From: a virus
Taxonomy: Duplodnaviria > Caudoviricetes
DNA: 64,000 nucleotides
Strand: one strand, 5' to 3'
IMG/VR virus record: IMGVR_UViG_2140918008_000001
Coordinates: 3,491-67,490 of that record
Shown: one piece after another, positions 16,299-26,789 of the stretch
How positions within the stretch are numbered: the first letter of the stretch is position 1
Layout: every line of letters starts with the position of its first letter
Translations under genes and position numbers: made by a program
The notes under the pieces: generated by a model
Told to the model about the DNA's origin: nothing
Database searches by the model: none
Seen by the model: only the letters and a program-made list of their open reading frames with translations

Positions 16299-18853
16299 TA
16301 CGATAACTCCTTTGTGATTACATTGATAATTCCTGTCTGAGATTTATTAACAATCCTTGATTCAAGATCGGGAGACAGCCAAATTTCAACTACTGATTTT
16401 CCACCTGATCCACCACCTGAAATGTTGCTTCCAAATGACCCAAGATTTCCCATTTGTGACCCATTGAGAGGCATGAAGAAAGCAGCTTCTGGCCCAGCTT
16501 CTCCAAATGTAACATTGGTTGCACGATTAGCAATAAATGCTCCACCTTCAGCCATTTTTGGAGTACCTCCTCCACTTCCCCCACCTGTTCCAATTGATCC
16601 TATTGCAGCATAGAAATTATACATCATTGTCAATAATGAACCATTCGGGCCATAATATGAATCATACAAAGAGTAAAGTTGTGCTAAATCAGTTGCAGTT
16701 AGATTATATTGATCTGTCAAAGATGTAGTCAAATCCGCAACTAATTTTCCAGTAGCATTCAACAAGTCGATTTTATCTTGATTGAATTTAGTCAATCGAT
16801 CCGCTCTCTGTTGTGCCAAATTAGTATCAAGTGCCGATTCTTTATTTTGAAGATCAACAAGTGCTGCATCCTGTTCTTGTTTATTCTGTATCTCGATCTC
16901 TTTCATACGATCTTGATGAGACACTTCAAGTGCTAACTGTCGTTGATCCTCTTGTGCCTTTAGATCATTAAGTTCTTGAGTAAATGTTGTGTCTCTGGCT
17001 TTTTTCTCATTATCATATTGAGTTTTTGCTGATTGCTCTGCATCTTGTTCAGTACGAATAAGACGAGTAATTTGCCTTGCATCTCTTGTCGCTAATGCAT
17101 CTTCAAGATTATTTTCAAGATCAAATCTTAATTGTGCTATCTTCTCTTGATAAGTCTTTTCCGCTGCAAGAACTTGTTCTTGATTTTTCTCTTTAGCATC
17201 AGCAACACTTTGTTCATATTTGACTTCTTCAGCAAGAGATGATTCCTGTGCGCTACGATCTTCTTTAGCAAGATTATCCATAAGAGTAACAGATAATTTC
17301 TCCATCTGTTGATCGTAAGCAGTAACATCATCTGCCCGTTTTCTTTCACCATCTAATGTAATCTTGTCTAAATCTTCATAATAACTTTTCCAAAGATTTG
17401 CTAAATTTGTAGTTAAGTCCTCTTGTATTTTTTCAATTTTTGTTTTAGCATCTGCCATAGCAGTAGTAGTATTAGATGTATCTGGTGGTTTAGATGTTCC
17501 TATTGCAGCATCTGCAAGTGGGTCTTTTCCAAGTTGAAAAGCTGTATAATTTGCCCATTCATCTGATGCAGCAATTAAATCTTCCCAATCCTTTTTTATT
17601 GCATCAGAATCAATCGTACCATGTTTTGCAAACTCATCATAAGCATCTCCAACTATCTTGAAAGCATCAATAACTCTTCCGCCCCATTTCATTATCTCAT
17701 AATCTACTATTTGCAGACCAGATAAAAGTCCAAGAAGTCCCTCTTTAATATTCAATAAGACAGGAAGAGTATCTTTTCCGAGAACTGCTAAGAAATTTTG
17801 CCAGTCAGTAGTTACGGCCTTTGTCCTATTTCCTAAAACATCTTGGGCACTATTAACATCATCTGATGTTTTAGCCAAAAATTCATGAATAAGACCCAAA
17901 GCTGCCGCCGCTTTTTGTTCTAGTGTCAGTTTATTAGTTGTGTCATCCACAATAGCATTATATTTAGCATAAGCAAGTTCCAAATCACTATTTACAGCAA
18001 TACCCATTGTACGCAATGCTTGTTGAGCATGTGCACCTGAAGTAACAGCAGTCATTATTTTATTGACTGCTTCTTCCATTGTAATGCCTTGCATTGTAGC
18101 AATTTTCGCTGCATCACCATATAATTGGAATGCTTGTTCTGACGTAACTCCAAACTCTCTTGTACTATTTATTAATTTAGTCATTGCAGTATCCATATCT
18201 GTTACATTGAAATATGGATATAACTTTTGTATCTCTGCAATTTTATCGTGTACCTGTTGTAAAGAAACATCAAAACCATCTCGTTGATAAGCTCTTACAG
18301 CAACATCTAAACCAAATATAGCTATACTATAAGCATTTGCAGCAGTAATAGAATCTGCAAAAACTTGTTTAATGTCATTCAATGCAGTCATAAAGATTAA
18401 AAATGCAGATAATCTTACATACCGCATCATGTCGCCTAATCCGCCAACATTTACTTTGAAAACATCTTTCTTTGCCCCAGTTTGTTCAAAAGCTGTTCCA
18501 GTATCATCTATACTTTGAGTCATTTGTTGGAACTCTTCTGGACTAACCATATTACCCATATCTTTTCCAGCAGTTACAGCAGAATCATGCAAAGCCCCCA
18601 ACTCATCTCTAGCTTTAAATACAGCCGCATCAATAGATTGCCAATCTGCATCAGGAAACATTTGTTTTAAGACAGATGGAACAGAATAATTTTGTGTTCC
18701 AGCAGTAATTAACTCTTTTGCTTTCACAATTAAAGCATCAAGAGATGCAGAAGCAACTTCAGCTTGTTTACTAACATCCTTTAATCCATTAGCAAACTCT
18801 TCTGCATCACTACCAATTACCACATAAACAGAATTTTCTCCACCAGGTAACAT
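16298..18853 (-). CDS. tape measure protein
   Basis: 851 aa, Ala/Asp-rich helical with long coiled coil; C-terminal MAEGG..FGEAGPEA motif. Confidence 0.85.
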   Translation of the reverse strand: MLPGGENSVYVVIGSDAEEFANGLKDVSKQAEVASASLDALIVKAKELITAGTQNYSVPSVLKQMFPDADWQSIDAAVFKARDELGALHDSAVTAGKDMGNMVSPEEFQQMTQSIDDTGTAFEQTGAKKDVFKVNVGGLGDMMRYVRLSAFLIFMTALNDIKQVFADSITAANAYSIAIFGLDVAVRAYQRDGFDVSLQQVHDKIAEIQKLYPYFNVTDMDTAMTKLINSTREFGVTSEQAFQLYGDAAKIATMQGITMEEAVNKIMTAVTSGAHAQQALRTMGIAVNSDLELAYAKYNAIVDDTTNKLTLEQKAAAALGLIHEFLAKTSDDVNSAQDVLGNRTKAVTTDWQNFLAVLGKDTLPVLLNIKEGLLGLLSGLQIVDYEIMKWGGRVIDAFKIVGDAYDEFAKHGTIDSDAIKKDWEDLIAASDEWANYTAFQLGKDPLADAAIGTSKPPDTSNTTTAMADAKTKIEKIQEDLTTNLANLWKSYYEDLDKITLDGERKRADDVTAYDQQMEKLSVTLMDNLAKEDRSAQESSLAEEVKYEQSVADAKEKNQEQVLAAEKTYQEKIAQLRFDLENNLEDALATRDARQITRLIRTEQDAEQSAKTQYDNEKKARDTTFTQELNDLKAQEDQRQLALEVSHQDRMKEIEIQNKQEQDAALVDLQNKESALDTNLAQQRADRLTKFNQDKIDLLNATGKLVADLTTSLTDQYNLTATDLAQLYSLYDSYYGPNGSLLTMMYNFYAAIGSIGTGGGSGGGTPKMAEGGAFIANRATNVTFGEAGPEAAFFMPLNGSQMGNLGSFGSNISGGGSGGKSVVEIWLSPDLESRIVNKSQTGIINVITKELS

Positions 18854-18854
18854 A

Positions 18855-19145
18855 TCAATACCCCACCTTTTCCACCATCTGCATCAAAGAGATTATTTTG
18901 TTCTCAGACAATCCCTCAACAAATAATTGAAACCTCTGCTGAGTTGACACAGTGTCAACTATTTCCTGAATGTCTTTCCCTGTCATTATTGCTACTGCTT
19001 CGCAATAATCTTTCGGATTTCTTTGATTCATCTGATGGATCACCCCCTGTATAAAATCCAATGAGTTCAAATCCTTCTCAACTACGCCACTGACGTAAGA
19101 TTTCATAATGTCATACAATCTCAGAGCATTAATGAGATTTAGCAT
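18855..19145 (-). CDS. hypothetical protein, tail assembly region
   Basis: Lies between the putative chaperone and tape measure genes. Confidence 0.55.
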   Translation of the reverse strand: MLNLINALRLYDIMKSYVSGVVEKDLNSLDFIQGVIHQMNQRNPKDYCEAVAIMTGKDIQEIVDTVSTQQRFQLFVEGLSENKIISLMQMVEKVGY

Positions 19146-19761
19146 ATTCCGCTCCCAAATCTATAATTACTCCCTGGGGCATCATATCCTTGCGGATCAT
19201 AATTTTCTCTGGCATATTATCTTTGATAATAGTCATCCAATCTGGTCGTTTCAATGGTTTGAAAGATGAAGTCTTTGTATCTGAATTGTAAGGATATGCT
19301 AATTCTGTCAATGACCATTGCCATTCCCTTTGATGCTGTTCATCAATTAATCCTTCCTGTAATAATCCAAAAGCATCTTCTATCTGCAACTCTTGTACAT
19401 ATTCTATCAACCAATGATACTTTGAACACATAAAATGTAACCAAAAATACCACTCTTTTTCTGAGTAATCTCCTACAATCTGTTCGGTTTTCTCTTTGGA
19501 GTAAAATATGGGGAAATCTATTTTAGGGACACACAAATTTGTTATCTGCGCCATAGCATTTAAAACTTCTAACCAACTTACTTTCTCAAATTCTTGTTCT
19601 ATAAAAAAATTGAGATACTTATAGATTGCTCTGGCTACATCATCTGGATCATGTTTTTCTGTTGCTACTGTTATTTCTCGTTGTAACTTGACCTGCTGTA
19701 TCCAGCGTTGTAAATGAGGCCGGTCAATCTCAATCTCTTTTCCTTGTACAGAAATGTTCAT
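19129..19761 (-). CDS. probable tail assembly chaperone
   Basis: Synteny between major tail and tape measure genes. Confidence 0.5.
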   Translation of the reverse strand: MNISVQGKEIEIDRPHLQRWIQQVKLQREITVATEKHDPDDVARAIYKYLNFFIEQEFEKVSWLEVLNAMAQITNLCVPKIDFPIFYSKEKTEQIVGDYSEKEWYFWLHFMCSKYHWLIEYVQELQIEDAFGLLQEGLIDEQHQREWQWSLTELAYPYNSDTKTSSFKPLKRPDWMTIIKDNMPEKIMIRKDMMPQGVIIDLGAEYAKSH

Positions 19762-19789
19762 TTATTCTCATTTTATCTTTCTGTCCCCC

Positions 19790-19817
19790 TAGTGTAGAGT
19801 TTTTAAGCTCTACACTA
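19790..19817 (-). terminator. hairpin downstream of the major tail gene
   Basis: TAGTGTAGAG / CTCTACACTA 10-bp inverted repeat; no clear U tract. Confidence 0.5.
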
Positions 19818-19832
19818 AGGATTATTTATTGT

Positions 19833-20465
19833 CTATGGAATTGCGCTCTGATCCGATCTAATTAGAGTAGCGAACAACTGGGCCGCTGGTTTGCTGTCAT
19901 CAGCAAAAGCTCTGATCTTCAAACCATTCAGTTTCCAGTTGTCTCCCATCGTCATTGCCAGGGAGAACGCATCAACAAATTGCGCCCGATGTAATGTGAA
20001 TGCCAGATAATCTCCAGTTAGATCATCATACACTTTTGGCATATATATATGATAGAACTGGTTGTTATTGATTGCCCCAATTCCCATCTTCTGTAAGCCG
20101 CCAGATGAATAAGTCGTTTGTGGCGACTTAACCAAATCAGCCAGAACAGAGAACGGAAATAGAGTTTGAACAGATAAAGTAACTTCCAAGTAGTGCCTGC
20201 GTTGAACTGATGCTACATCACCAATGTTATCACAGCGAACATCATTTAAGGTAAGATTTTCAGACAAAGCAACTCCATTAACACACCCCAAAAGTTTTAC
20301 CGGATAAGTTGACGTACCAGACAATCCCCAATAGTACCCCTGAGTATCAGGATTGTTCAATTCATTCGCAGTTGCATCTTGGTAGTAAATATAAGGAGCA
20401 CCTTCCAAGTAAATTGATTCCTGGGAAAGGATACTGCCAATAGGCGTTCCTGTAATTAAACCCAT
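19833..20465 (-). CDS. major tail (tube) protein
   Basis: 210 aa, beta-rich, after connector genes and before chaperone/TMP. Confidence 0.7.
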   Translation of the reverse strand: MGLITGTPIGSILSQESIYLEGAPYIYYQDATANELNNPDTQGYYWGLSGTSTYPVKLLGCVNGVALSENLTLNDVRCDNIGDVASVQRRHYLEVTLSVQTLFPFSVLADLVKSPQTTYSSGGLQKMGIGAINNNQFYHIYMPKVYDDLTGDYLAFTLHRAQFVDAFSLAMTMGDNWKLNGLKIRAFADDSKPAAQLFATLIRSDQSAIP

Positions 20466-20692
20466 TATTTAACCTCCTCGAAATATTTGAACCTACTATT
20501 TGTCCCGCCACAGCAAGTAGGAGGTAATTCTCTTTGTAAGAAATCAGGAGCATCTCGTTCGTCAACCTTTACCACTGTTCCCGCACCATTCCAAAGATAA
20601 TGTCTCCCTGTTACTCTCCCACTTCCCTCAATAATAGAAGGATAAAGATTTCTCAGTTCAACCTCTTCGATCTGGTCAGTGTCGGTTATCAT
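20465..20692 (-). CDS. small CCG-motif virion-region protein
   Basis: ATG 20692 overlaps the upstream TGA (ATGA); PPTCCGG motif. Confidence 0.55.
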   Translation of the reverse strand: MITDTDQIEEVELRNLYPSIIEGSGRVTGRHYLWNGAGTVVKVDERDAPDFLQRELPPTCCGGTNSRFKYFEEVK

Positions 20693-21096
20693 GCTACCTG
20701 TACTCTTCCTGTAAACATTGTTTCTGCCATCCATGTATTAGGATCATTCCTTACTGCATCTAACATTCCAACACAATGTAAGGCATAAATCTTGATCCCA
20801 CTGTAAGAAATTGTTTTCTTGTCTAATAATTGCGTTACCGCTAATTCTATGTTCTCTGCTTCCATGCTACTGGCTATCTCTGAGTAACATTCTACTGATA
20901 CCTGTAAATCTGCCCAATCACAATTCGTATCAATGGAAGGTTTCTGGAAAATCATCCTAATACGAATATTAGGATAAATAAACTCTTTCCCTTGCCATTG
21001 TTTCTCACGAACTTCAACAGATGTTACTCCTATTATAGCACTATTGTTCTTTAAATAGTTAACTAAGACAGAACGAACAGCATAATTACTAAACAT
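20689..21096 (-). CDS. tail terminator/completion-like protein
   Basis: 135 aa, LQVSVECYS motif, synteny. Confidence 0.55.
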   Translation of the reverse strand: MFSNYAVRSVLVNYLKNNSAIIGVTSVEVREKQWQGKEFIYPNIRIRMIFQKPSIDTNCDWADLQVSVECYSEIASSMEAENIELAVTQLLDKKTISYSGIKIYALHCVGMLDAVRNDPNTWMAETMFTGRVQVA

Positions 21097-21586
21097 TATT
21101 AGCCTCCTGGATACCTTGTGCTATTCGTTGTCGTATTGCTTCTTGATTATCCAGCATTGGTTGTCTCAGGTAAGATCGCATTTTTATACCAGGATGACCA
21201 ATCGGCAATGCTTTTCCTTTGAACCACTTACCCCGATTTGACCACCAGAATGCCAACATAGGTTTATTTTTTGCAGCAATTGGAATAAGATGAGGTTGAA
21301 CTGGATCATGTAAACCTGAACCATATTCCCAAGCTGCTGCATCAGGAGCATCAGCAATATTTACAAAAACTTTCACTTCTCTATGAAATTCGCCTCCTGA
21401 TCCTTGTGTAACAGAACTGACTTGAAGATGTTGTCCAATGTGGTGAGGAGCAATCTGTACTGCTTCATTTTTTAATAAGATTGCCGACATCTGTAATCCC
21501 TGTTCCATACCAATAACAGTCTTTTTTGTTATGTTAGCAAAGACTAAACTCAACTGACTAGATAAACTAGGACTACTGGTTGGCAT
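21089..21586 (-). CDS. HK97 gp10-like neck protein
   Basis: AAAWEYGSG...HPG...YLRQPM pattern. Confidence 0.6.
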   Translation of the reverse strand: MPTSSPSLSSQLSLVFANITKKTVIGMEQGLQMSAILLKNEAVQIAPHHIGQHLQVSSVTQGSGGEFHREVKVFVNIADAPDAAAWEYGSGLHDPVQPHLIPIAAKNKPMLAFWWSNRGKWFKGKALPIGHPGIKMRSYLRQPMLDNQEAIRQRIAQGIQEANNV

Positions 21587-21950
21587 GAGAAATCTCCCGC
21601 CTAGTCACTCTCAACATCATATATCCTCGACTATCATCAGGATTTATTGAACTTTCCTCTACAGAAACGACACGAAATCTTTGATGATAATATCGATGAT
21701 TACTCGGCCACACAACTTCAATTTCATCTCGTTCATATACCTGTAAATTAGAGGGTTGACATAGAACATTCCAAACTTTGCTTACCTCTAACCCCTGTTG
21801 TAACAACAATAAATCAGCCTTAGATTGTTCCATCCTGGCATTAATATAAGGATATGAATACGTTCCACTGGATAATGCTCCACCCCCAACATCGTCTGAT
21901 GGAGTTGTATAATGCCATATCGCTATACCAATATTCAATCCTGCTGCCAC
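21573..21950 (-). CDS. head closure (stopper)-like protein
   Basis: ERDEIEV..FRVVSVEE pattern; synteny. Confidence 0.55.
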   Translation of the reverse strand: MAAGLNIGIAIWHYTTPSDDVGGGALSSGTYSYPYINARMEQSKADLLLLQQGLEVSKVWNVLCQPSNLQVYERDEIEVVWPSNHRYYHQRFRVVSVEESSINPDDSRGYMMLRVTRREISHANQ

Positions 21951-22633
21951 TAAAGCCTCGCTAACATTATTCCAGGTGTTCGAGTATATGGAGATAATAG
22001 TTTCTTGATCTTATTCGCTCTTGGAGATGAACCAAAATCAGTGCGAGTAAGTGGTGTCCGTTCTTCCATGTATGATTGTGCTGAGAATCGCTGTACACCA
22101 GGATCACCTGCCCCACCTTCCAAACTAGAGGGAGAAATCATATCTTTCAAGTTTATATCGGCTGCCCAGGTCAAAGCTTGCATCATATTTGGTTGCATCG
22201 AAGAACCTGTATTGAAGCCACATTGATAGACAACTTGAATTTGATATGGACTAAGTAGATAAACACTTGGAGCATAATTGATAATGCAAGCTGGATCAAG
22301 ATAACCAAAGGTATTATCTCGAATATATGCACAGGCTGCAATAGACGCTAAAGCACAAGTCCAGAATGAGTTTCTTGCCCACACTAAAACAGAATTGACT
22401 GATTGTACTTCTCCCCAATCTGTTACAACTGGATAACCAAATCTAGGTGTCATATAAGTTCCAGTAACAATTGTGGGAACTAACAATGCCCCAATATTGA
22501 ACGACACTTGAATTTCTGCCATCAAATAGGAATTAGTCCTCTGTAAAGCAGTAGACGTACCTGTAAAACCTCCATAACCTTCATAGATATAATCATTCAA
22601 AAGAACAGGAGCATTATATGGATAATTAATCAT
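21950..22633 (-). CDS. head-tail adaptor-like protein
   Basis: VVYQCGF, QALTWAA, SYMEER, IKKLLSPY pattern typical of gp15-like adaptors. Confidence 0.55.
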   Translation of the reverse strand: MINYPYNAPVLLNDYIYEGYGGFTGTSTALQRTNSYLMAEIQVSFNIGALLVPTIVTGTYMTPRFGYPVVTDWGEVQSVNSVLVWARNSFWTCALASIAACAYIRDNTFGYLDPACIINYAPSVYLLSPYQIQVVYQCGFNTGSSMQPNMMQALTWAADINLKDMISPSSLEGGAGDPGVQRFSAQSYMEERTPLTRTDFGSSPRANKIKKLLSPYTRTPGIMLARL

Positions 22634-22642
22634 TTTATACCC

Positions 22643-22873
22643 TTAATTTGGTCGATAAAGTTTCGGAGGTTCAACAATATCTGGCCCGACACTTGACATT
22701 GCTTCCATCATGATTTTCTTAGCTATCAATTCAAGCATCTGAGATGCTCCAATCATTTGAAGTTCATCAATATTATTCTGCTTGAAATCAATGATCTTCG
22801 TAGAACCTGGTGTAGCAAATCTTATCAAAATAAATGATTCACTGTCTAAAGATTTATTGTTATCTGCCATCAT
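22643..22873 (-). CDS. hypothetical protein
   Basis: GGAGG RBS, downstream of a promoter. Confidence 0.55.
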   Translation of the reverse strand: MMADNNKSLDSESFILIRFATPGSTKIIDFKQNNIDELQMIGASQMLELIAKKIMMEAMSSVGPDIVEPPKLYRPN

Positions 22874-22887
22874 TCCTCCTAAGTAAT

Positions 22888-22923
22888 ATTATAGCACATA
22901 TTTTCGACTTGACACAATGTCAA
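22888..22923 (-). promoter_or_regulatory. extended -10 promoter TGTGCTATAAT preceded by the 15-bp palindrome
   Basis: Minus strand: TTGACATTGTGTCAA-GTCGAAAATATGTGCTATAAT; same layout as 44826-44862. Confidence 0.7.
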
Positions 22924-22924
22924 C

Positions 22925-23779
22925 TCACAGAACCGCAAAATCCGACCAGACAAAACTACTGCCCCACCGAAGCCTAAACAACATTTCATTGCCTTTCAAG
23001 TCAAATCCTTCCTCGCTTTCTACTGCCGTAGCACCAACAAAATGTTCTCCTACTGCTAATGGCTCATAAATTACCTTTTGTTTAGCATATCTGATTGAGA
23101 AACATAAATCCATATCTTCATAGGTTCCCCTGCCATAACCAACGAAAAAACCGCCAACTTTGTTCCAAGTATCTCTACGAATAAGAAGCATAGCTCCTGT
23201 CAGTGCTAATGCTTCTCGTCTGATATTAACTTTAGGGTGATCTGCACTCCAGCCTGAGAAGATATGGTACAAATTAGAATTAATTCCCATTTCTAGTCCG
23301 GCGTGCTGGACTTTGCCAGCAGGTCGAGCAGGATCAGTTGAATCCTTTGGAAATAACAGTTTGGGGCCAATAACTCCTATCGTTTCATCTGCTTCCATCT
23401 CATCTATCATCAATTCGACTGATCCTGGTTGCATTACAACATCTGATGTAATAATTGCTATGTACTTTGCTTTACCTTGATTGGCTCCAAGATCACATCC
23501 ACCAGGATAACCTAATCTCGACCTTGTGTGAATAACCCTGAATTTACTGGGAAGATGAAGAGTATACTCCTGTAATTTCTCTTTATCACTCTGATCGTCA
23601 ACCAATGTTACTGTAGATTTCTGATAATATTTTCCTAATGCTTCAGGAATTGCTTCTAAAGTTGCATCAAAGAAGCCAAATCCATTGTGAAAAGGGGTTA
23701 CTACATCACAAATTGGAGGAATATATTTAACTAAGGACTGCGGTTTTTTCGTTGAGTAATTGCGCTTTTGTTTGCTCAT
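22925..23779 (-). CDS. glycosyltransferase family 2
   Basis: DVVTPFHN, LVDDQS, LGYPGGCDLG, TSD, YEDMDLC. Confidence 0.85.
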   Translation of the reverse strand: MSKQKRNYSTKKPQSLVKYIPPICDVVTPFHNGFGFFDATLEAIPEALGKYYQKSTVTLVDDQSDKEKLQEYTLHLPSKFRVIHTRSRLGYPGGCDLGANQGKAKYIAIITSDVVMQPGSVELMIDEMEADETIGVIGPKLLFPKDSTDPARPAGKVQHAGLEMGINSNLYHIFSGWSADHPKVNIRREALALTGAMLLIRRDTWNKVGGFFVGYGRGTYEDMDLCFSIRYAKQKVIYEPLAVGEHFVGATAVESEEGFDLKGNEMLFRLRWGSSFVWSDFAVL

Positions 23780-24902
23780 CTACAACCTTTCGTATCGTAT
23801 TATCTAATGTATCTATAGCAACTTCCCATAATCTTCCTTCTACATATTTTCGTGCTGCATCTCTGGTTGGGAAATTGCCTTTTTGCCAATCAAAGTACAC
23901 TTGTGAAAGTAGAAATGCACCTTTGTCCACATCTGCCATGTAACGTTTACTATTTCCCCAAGGATCACGCATTATGTATTCTGGATCAATTAAATATCCC
24001 TTATTGGGATACAAATGTTCATGAATTGCTGTACAATCAGTTCCAATCACAGGAAGACCAACTGACATTCCTTCAAGGATCGGCATACCAAGCCCCTCGG
24101 ATTTTGCCGAACTTAATAGACAATCTGCTCCAGCAAAGAATGACCAAAGTTGATTGAAAGGCATCCCACGCTCAAATATCCACACGTGGTCATTGATCCC
24201 AAGTTCTCCCGCATAATCTCTCAATTCATAACCGGATGAATTATGTTCCCTAGTTATCAACCAATATTTGAATTTCTTTCTCTTATCCTTTGCAAATCTT
24301 TGAATAATCTCGAATGTTCTGGATAAATTCTTACGTTCTTGATTATCTGCTACAGTAAGAATTACAAACTCATCTGGCTCAATTCCCATTGATTCTCGAA
24401 TAACTTTTCGTTCCTTTGCACTTGGCATTTTCCATGACACTGTGTCAACTCCAATTTGTAGATGCTGTGCCGGAACATTTACTTTATTGCATTCCTCAGT
24501 ACCAAATTTAGAGATGCATAACTGTGCTTGCATCCCCATCATCTGCATTGCCCAAGTCAAACATAAGGGATCACCTTCTACTGGAAATATTCCAACATAG
24601 GGAACTTTTACTTTATTGTTTTCCATAAACCGCATAATATTAATTTGGAGAGGAATATCAAGCGAAACACACAAAACATCTGGTTTCCAAAGATGAACAA
24701 GATTATATAACTGCGTATTTGATTCAGCAAAATTCTGTGCTGGTAGAATTGTAAAAGGATAAGGATGCTCCCTACCATCATACCCTAACCCAATTTCTTT
24801 TATCTCATATCCTCGTTTTACTAATCCTGTTAGTAAAGGAATGGATAAGTTTAGATAACCACTTCCTTTCAAATCTGCATCACTTAGAAATAGTAATTTC
24901 AT
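23727..24902 (-). CDS. glycosyltransferase family 4 (GT-B)
   Basis: NQERKN, EGLGMPILEGMSVGLPVIGTD. Confidence 0.85.
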   Translation of the reverse strand: MKLLFLSDADLKGSGYLNLSIPLLTGLVKRGYEIKEIGLGYDGREHPYPFTILPAQNFAESNTQLYNLVHLWKPDVLCVSLDIPLQINIMRFMENNKVKVPYVGIFPVEGDPLCLTWAMQMMGMQAQLCISKFGTEECNKVNVPAQHLQIGVDTVSWKMPSAKERKVIRESMGIEPDEFVILTVADNQERKNLSRTFEIIQRFAKDKRKKFKYWLITREHNSSGYELRDYAGELGINDHVWIFERGMPFNQLWSFFAGADCLLSSAKSEGLGMPILEGMSVGLPVIGTDCTAIHEHLYPNKGYLIDPEYIMRDPWGNSKRYMADVDKGAFLLSQVYFDWQKGNFPTRDAARKYVEGRLWEVAIDTLDNTIRKVVDEQTKAQLLNEKTAVLS

Positions 24903-24920
24903 CTTTTATCCTTTTACTCT

Positions 24921-25214
24921 TTAAATTAATTCTGTTTTTCCGAGCGTAAAAGCAACAGAATCTTGCTTATATTCCTTACGAATAATAAAAAGTCTATCTT
25001 TTAATTCTTCTATTTCTACATCTTCACATTCAAACACCCAAGCAGAATTTTGCCAATCTGCCCAACCAACAGACGGAGCTGAAAAATGAATACTGTCTAT
25101 AATATTATGTGTATGATAAACAATAGTCCTATGAACAGCATTACAAAAAGAAGCCCATTCTCTTTGGGATAATTTGTTATCACTATTCCCAATCTGCACA
25201 GTTATAGTTCTCAT
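24921..25214 (-). CDS. hypothetical protein
   Basis: ORF with AAGGA RBS inserted among GT genes. Confidence 0.6.
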   Translation of the reverse strand: MRTITVQIGNSDNKLSQREWASFCNAVHRTIVYHTHNIIDSIHFSAPSVGWADWQNSAWVFECEDVEIEELKDRLFIIRKEYKQDSVAFTLGKTELI

Positions 25215-25225
25215 ATTATTATCTC

Positions 25226-26269
25226 TTATCCTTTCTTGAATACTAATTCATTCCACTGCTTTAGAATATTCTCAAATGAGAAACGTTCTCTCGCCTTCTT
25301 CTGTACCTCAACCTGTCTTAGTTTCATCTCATCTGGATGCAATAGATTATACACGATTTCCTCTACAAACATATCCCTAAATCCTGTCCATCTTACATCT
25401 CCTGGAATTATGCTCCCCATATTCGTTGTTGGTAAACACGAAATATCATTCGTTACTGGATATGCCCCTGCTACCTGGGCTTCTGCCACTGAATAACAAA
25501 AAAGTTCAAAGTAGGTACACGGATAAATTAACATTTGTGCTTGTAATTGCTCTCTAATCAAATCCTTACGCCGGATTGCTCCTTTGAATGTAATATTTGG
25601 TACTCCAATCCATCTTGCCCTATATTGCTCATTCAGTGGAATTACGCTGTTCCATAATCGATAATCCGAAGTAATTACAAGCGAAACATATGGTACTCTA
25701 GCAACAATCTGATCCCATACATCTCTCAACTGATGTAATCCTCGATCTGGTACAGAACTGAATAAACAACGATTGGGAACTTTTTCAATGCTTGTATCGT
25801 CATATTCAGACATTCTTACAGGAAGATCAATTGAAACTACATTTTGTAGATTATAAGTTTTCTTAAGATAATCTGCATGATACGGACTAATCGCCACAAC
25901 TTTCTGACAGAAATTGTTCACATTATTGTAGGGATATTCCTCCATCGTCCATTGATCATGGGTATAAAAGACCTTATATCCTTTTGCTTTGGCTAAAGTA
26001 GAATTAGCCGTTCTAAAAATAATTAAAACATCTCTGTTTTCATCGGGATCGAAATCCTCTTGATCATGTTGGTCAAATTTTGCTGTTGAAGCAACTCTTG
26101 GATTATTGTAAAAACGTACTTCATGACCAGCATCATGGAAAATATTCATCAAATTGAAAATTCCCAATTCTGATCCACCTACACCAAGTCGATCAGGTAA
26201 CTCCCCCTGAATATCCTGTTGAACAATTCCGAGGGGGCTACCATCTGTAGCAAAAATGTCAATTTTCAT
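25226..26269 (-). CDS. glycosyltransferase family 4 (GT-B)
   Basis: GVGGSE, SSVPDRGL, ELFCYSVAEAQVAG. Confidence 0.85.
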   Translation of the reverse strand: MKIDIFATDGSPLGIVQQDIQGELPDRLGVGGSELGIFNLMNIFHDAGHEVRFYNNPRVASTAKFDQHDQEDFDPDENRDVLIIFRTANSTLAKAKGYKVFYTHDQWTMEEYPYNNVNNFCQKVVAISPYHADYLKKTYNLQNVVSIDLPVRMSEYDDTSIEKVPNRCLFSSVPDRGLHQLRDVWDQIVARVPYVSLVITSDYRLWNSVIPLNEQYRARWIGVPNITFKGAIRRKDLIREQLQAQMLIYPCTYFELFCYSVAEAQVAGAYPVTNDISCLPTTNMGSIIPGDVRWTGFRDMFVEEIVYNLLHPDEMKLRQVEVQKKARERFSFENILKQWNELVFKKG

Positions 26270-26465
26270 CTTGTTTTATCCTAGCATTCCATAAGCTAAT
26301 TGCTAATTCAATTTGTGATTCTGTGGGCAATCCCGAATAAATATATACTTTGGGGCCAGAAGCATCACAGGAAGGACATCTTACATATACACAACTAGGA
26401 GTAAAATCTCCCTGCATTTCAGAAATATTTCCACAAAAAGGACACTTATCAATATTATCTCTCAT
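26259..26465 (-). CDS. Lar restriction-alleviation-like zinc-finger protein
   Basis: KCPFCG..CPSCDASGP..AISLWNAR. Confidence 0.65.
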   Translation of the reverse strand: MRDNIDKCPFCGNISEMQGDFTPSCVYVRCPSCDASGPKVYIYSGLPTESQIELAISLWNARIKQDEN

Positions 26466-26468
26466 ATC

Positions 26469-26789
26469 TTATTTTCCCTTTGGCTTAATTACATCTAAAA
26501 CAGAAAGTAGACCTGAACGATAACCCCACTGCCAATTATCAATAGGATTGAAAATCATATTTGATTTCAAGGCATCTACAATAGCTTGTAATTGAGACTC
26601 AGCTTTCTCAGCACGATGTTGCCAATCTGCATAATTATCATGATCTTGCTCAATACGTTTTTCAAGTCCTGCAATCTTACTACGATAAATATCTCCCTCA
26701 CAACCAGTTTTGAGACATCGCATCTCAATAATAGTTCCATGAGATTCCTTTTTTATATATTCAGCATATGCTTCTTCAAGTGTAGTCAT
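26469..26789 (-). CDS. hypothetical coiled-coil protein
   Basis: ORF in operon. Confidence 0.55.
   Translation of the reverse strand: MTTLEEAYAEYIKKESHGTIIEMRCLKTGCEGDIYRSKIAGLEKRIEQDHDNYADWQHRAEKAESQLQAIVDALKSNMIFNPIDNWQWGYRSGLLSVLDVIKPKGK

Noticed and set aside
18855-19761. Programmed -1 frameshift between tail assembly chaperone genes
   Set aside because: The 17-nt overlap is in the +1 frame with its own ATG, and no X XXY YYZ slippery site was seen.
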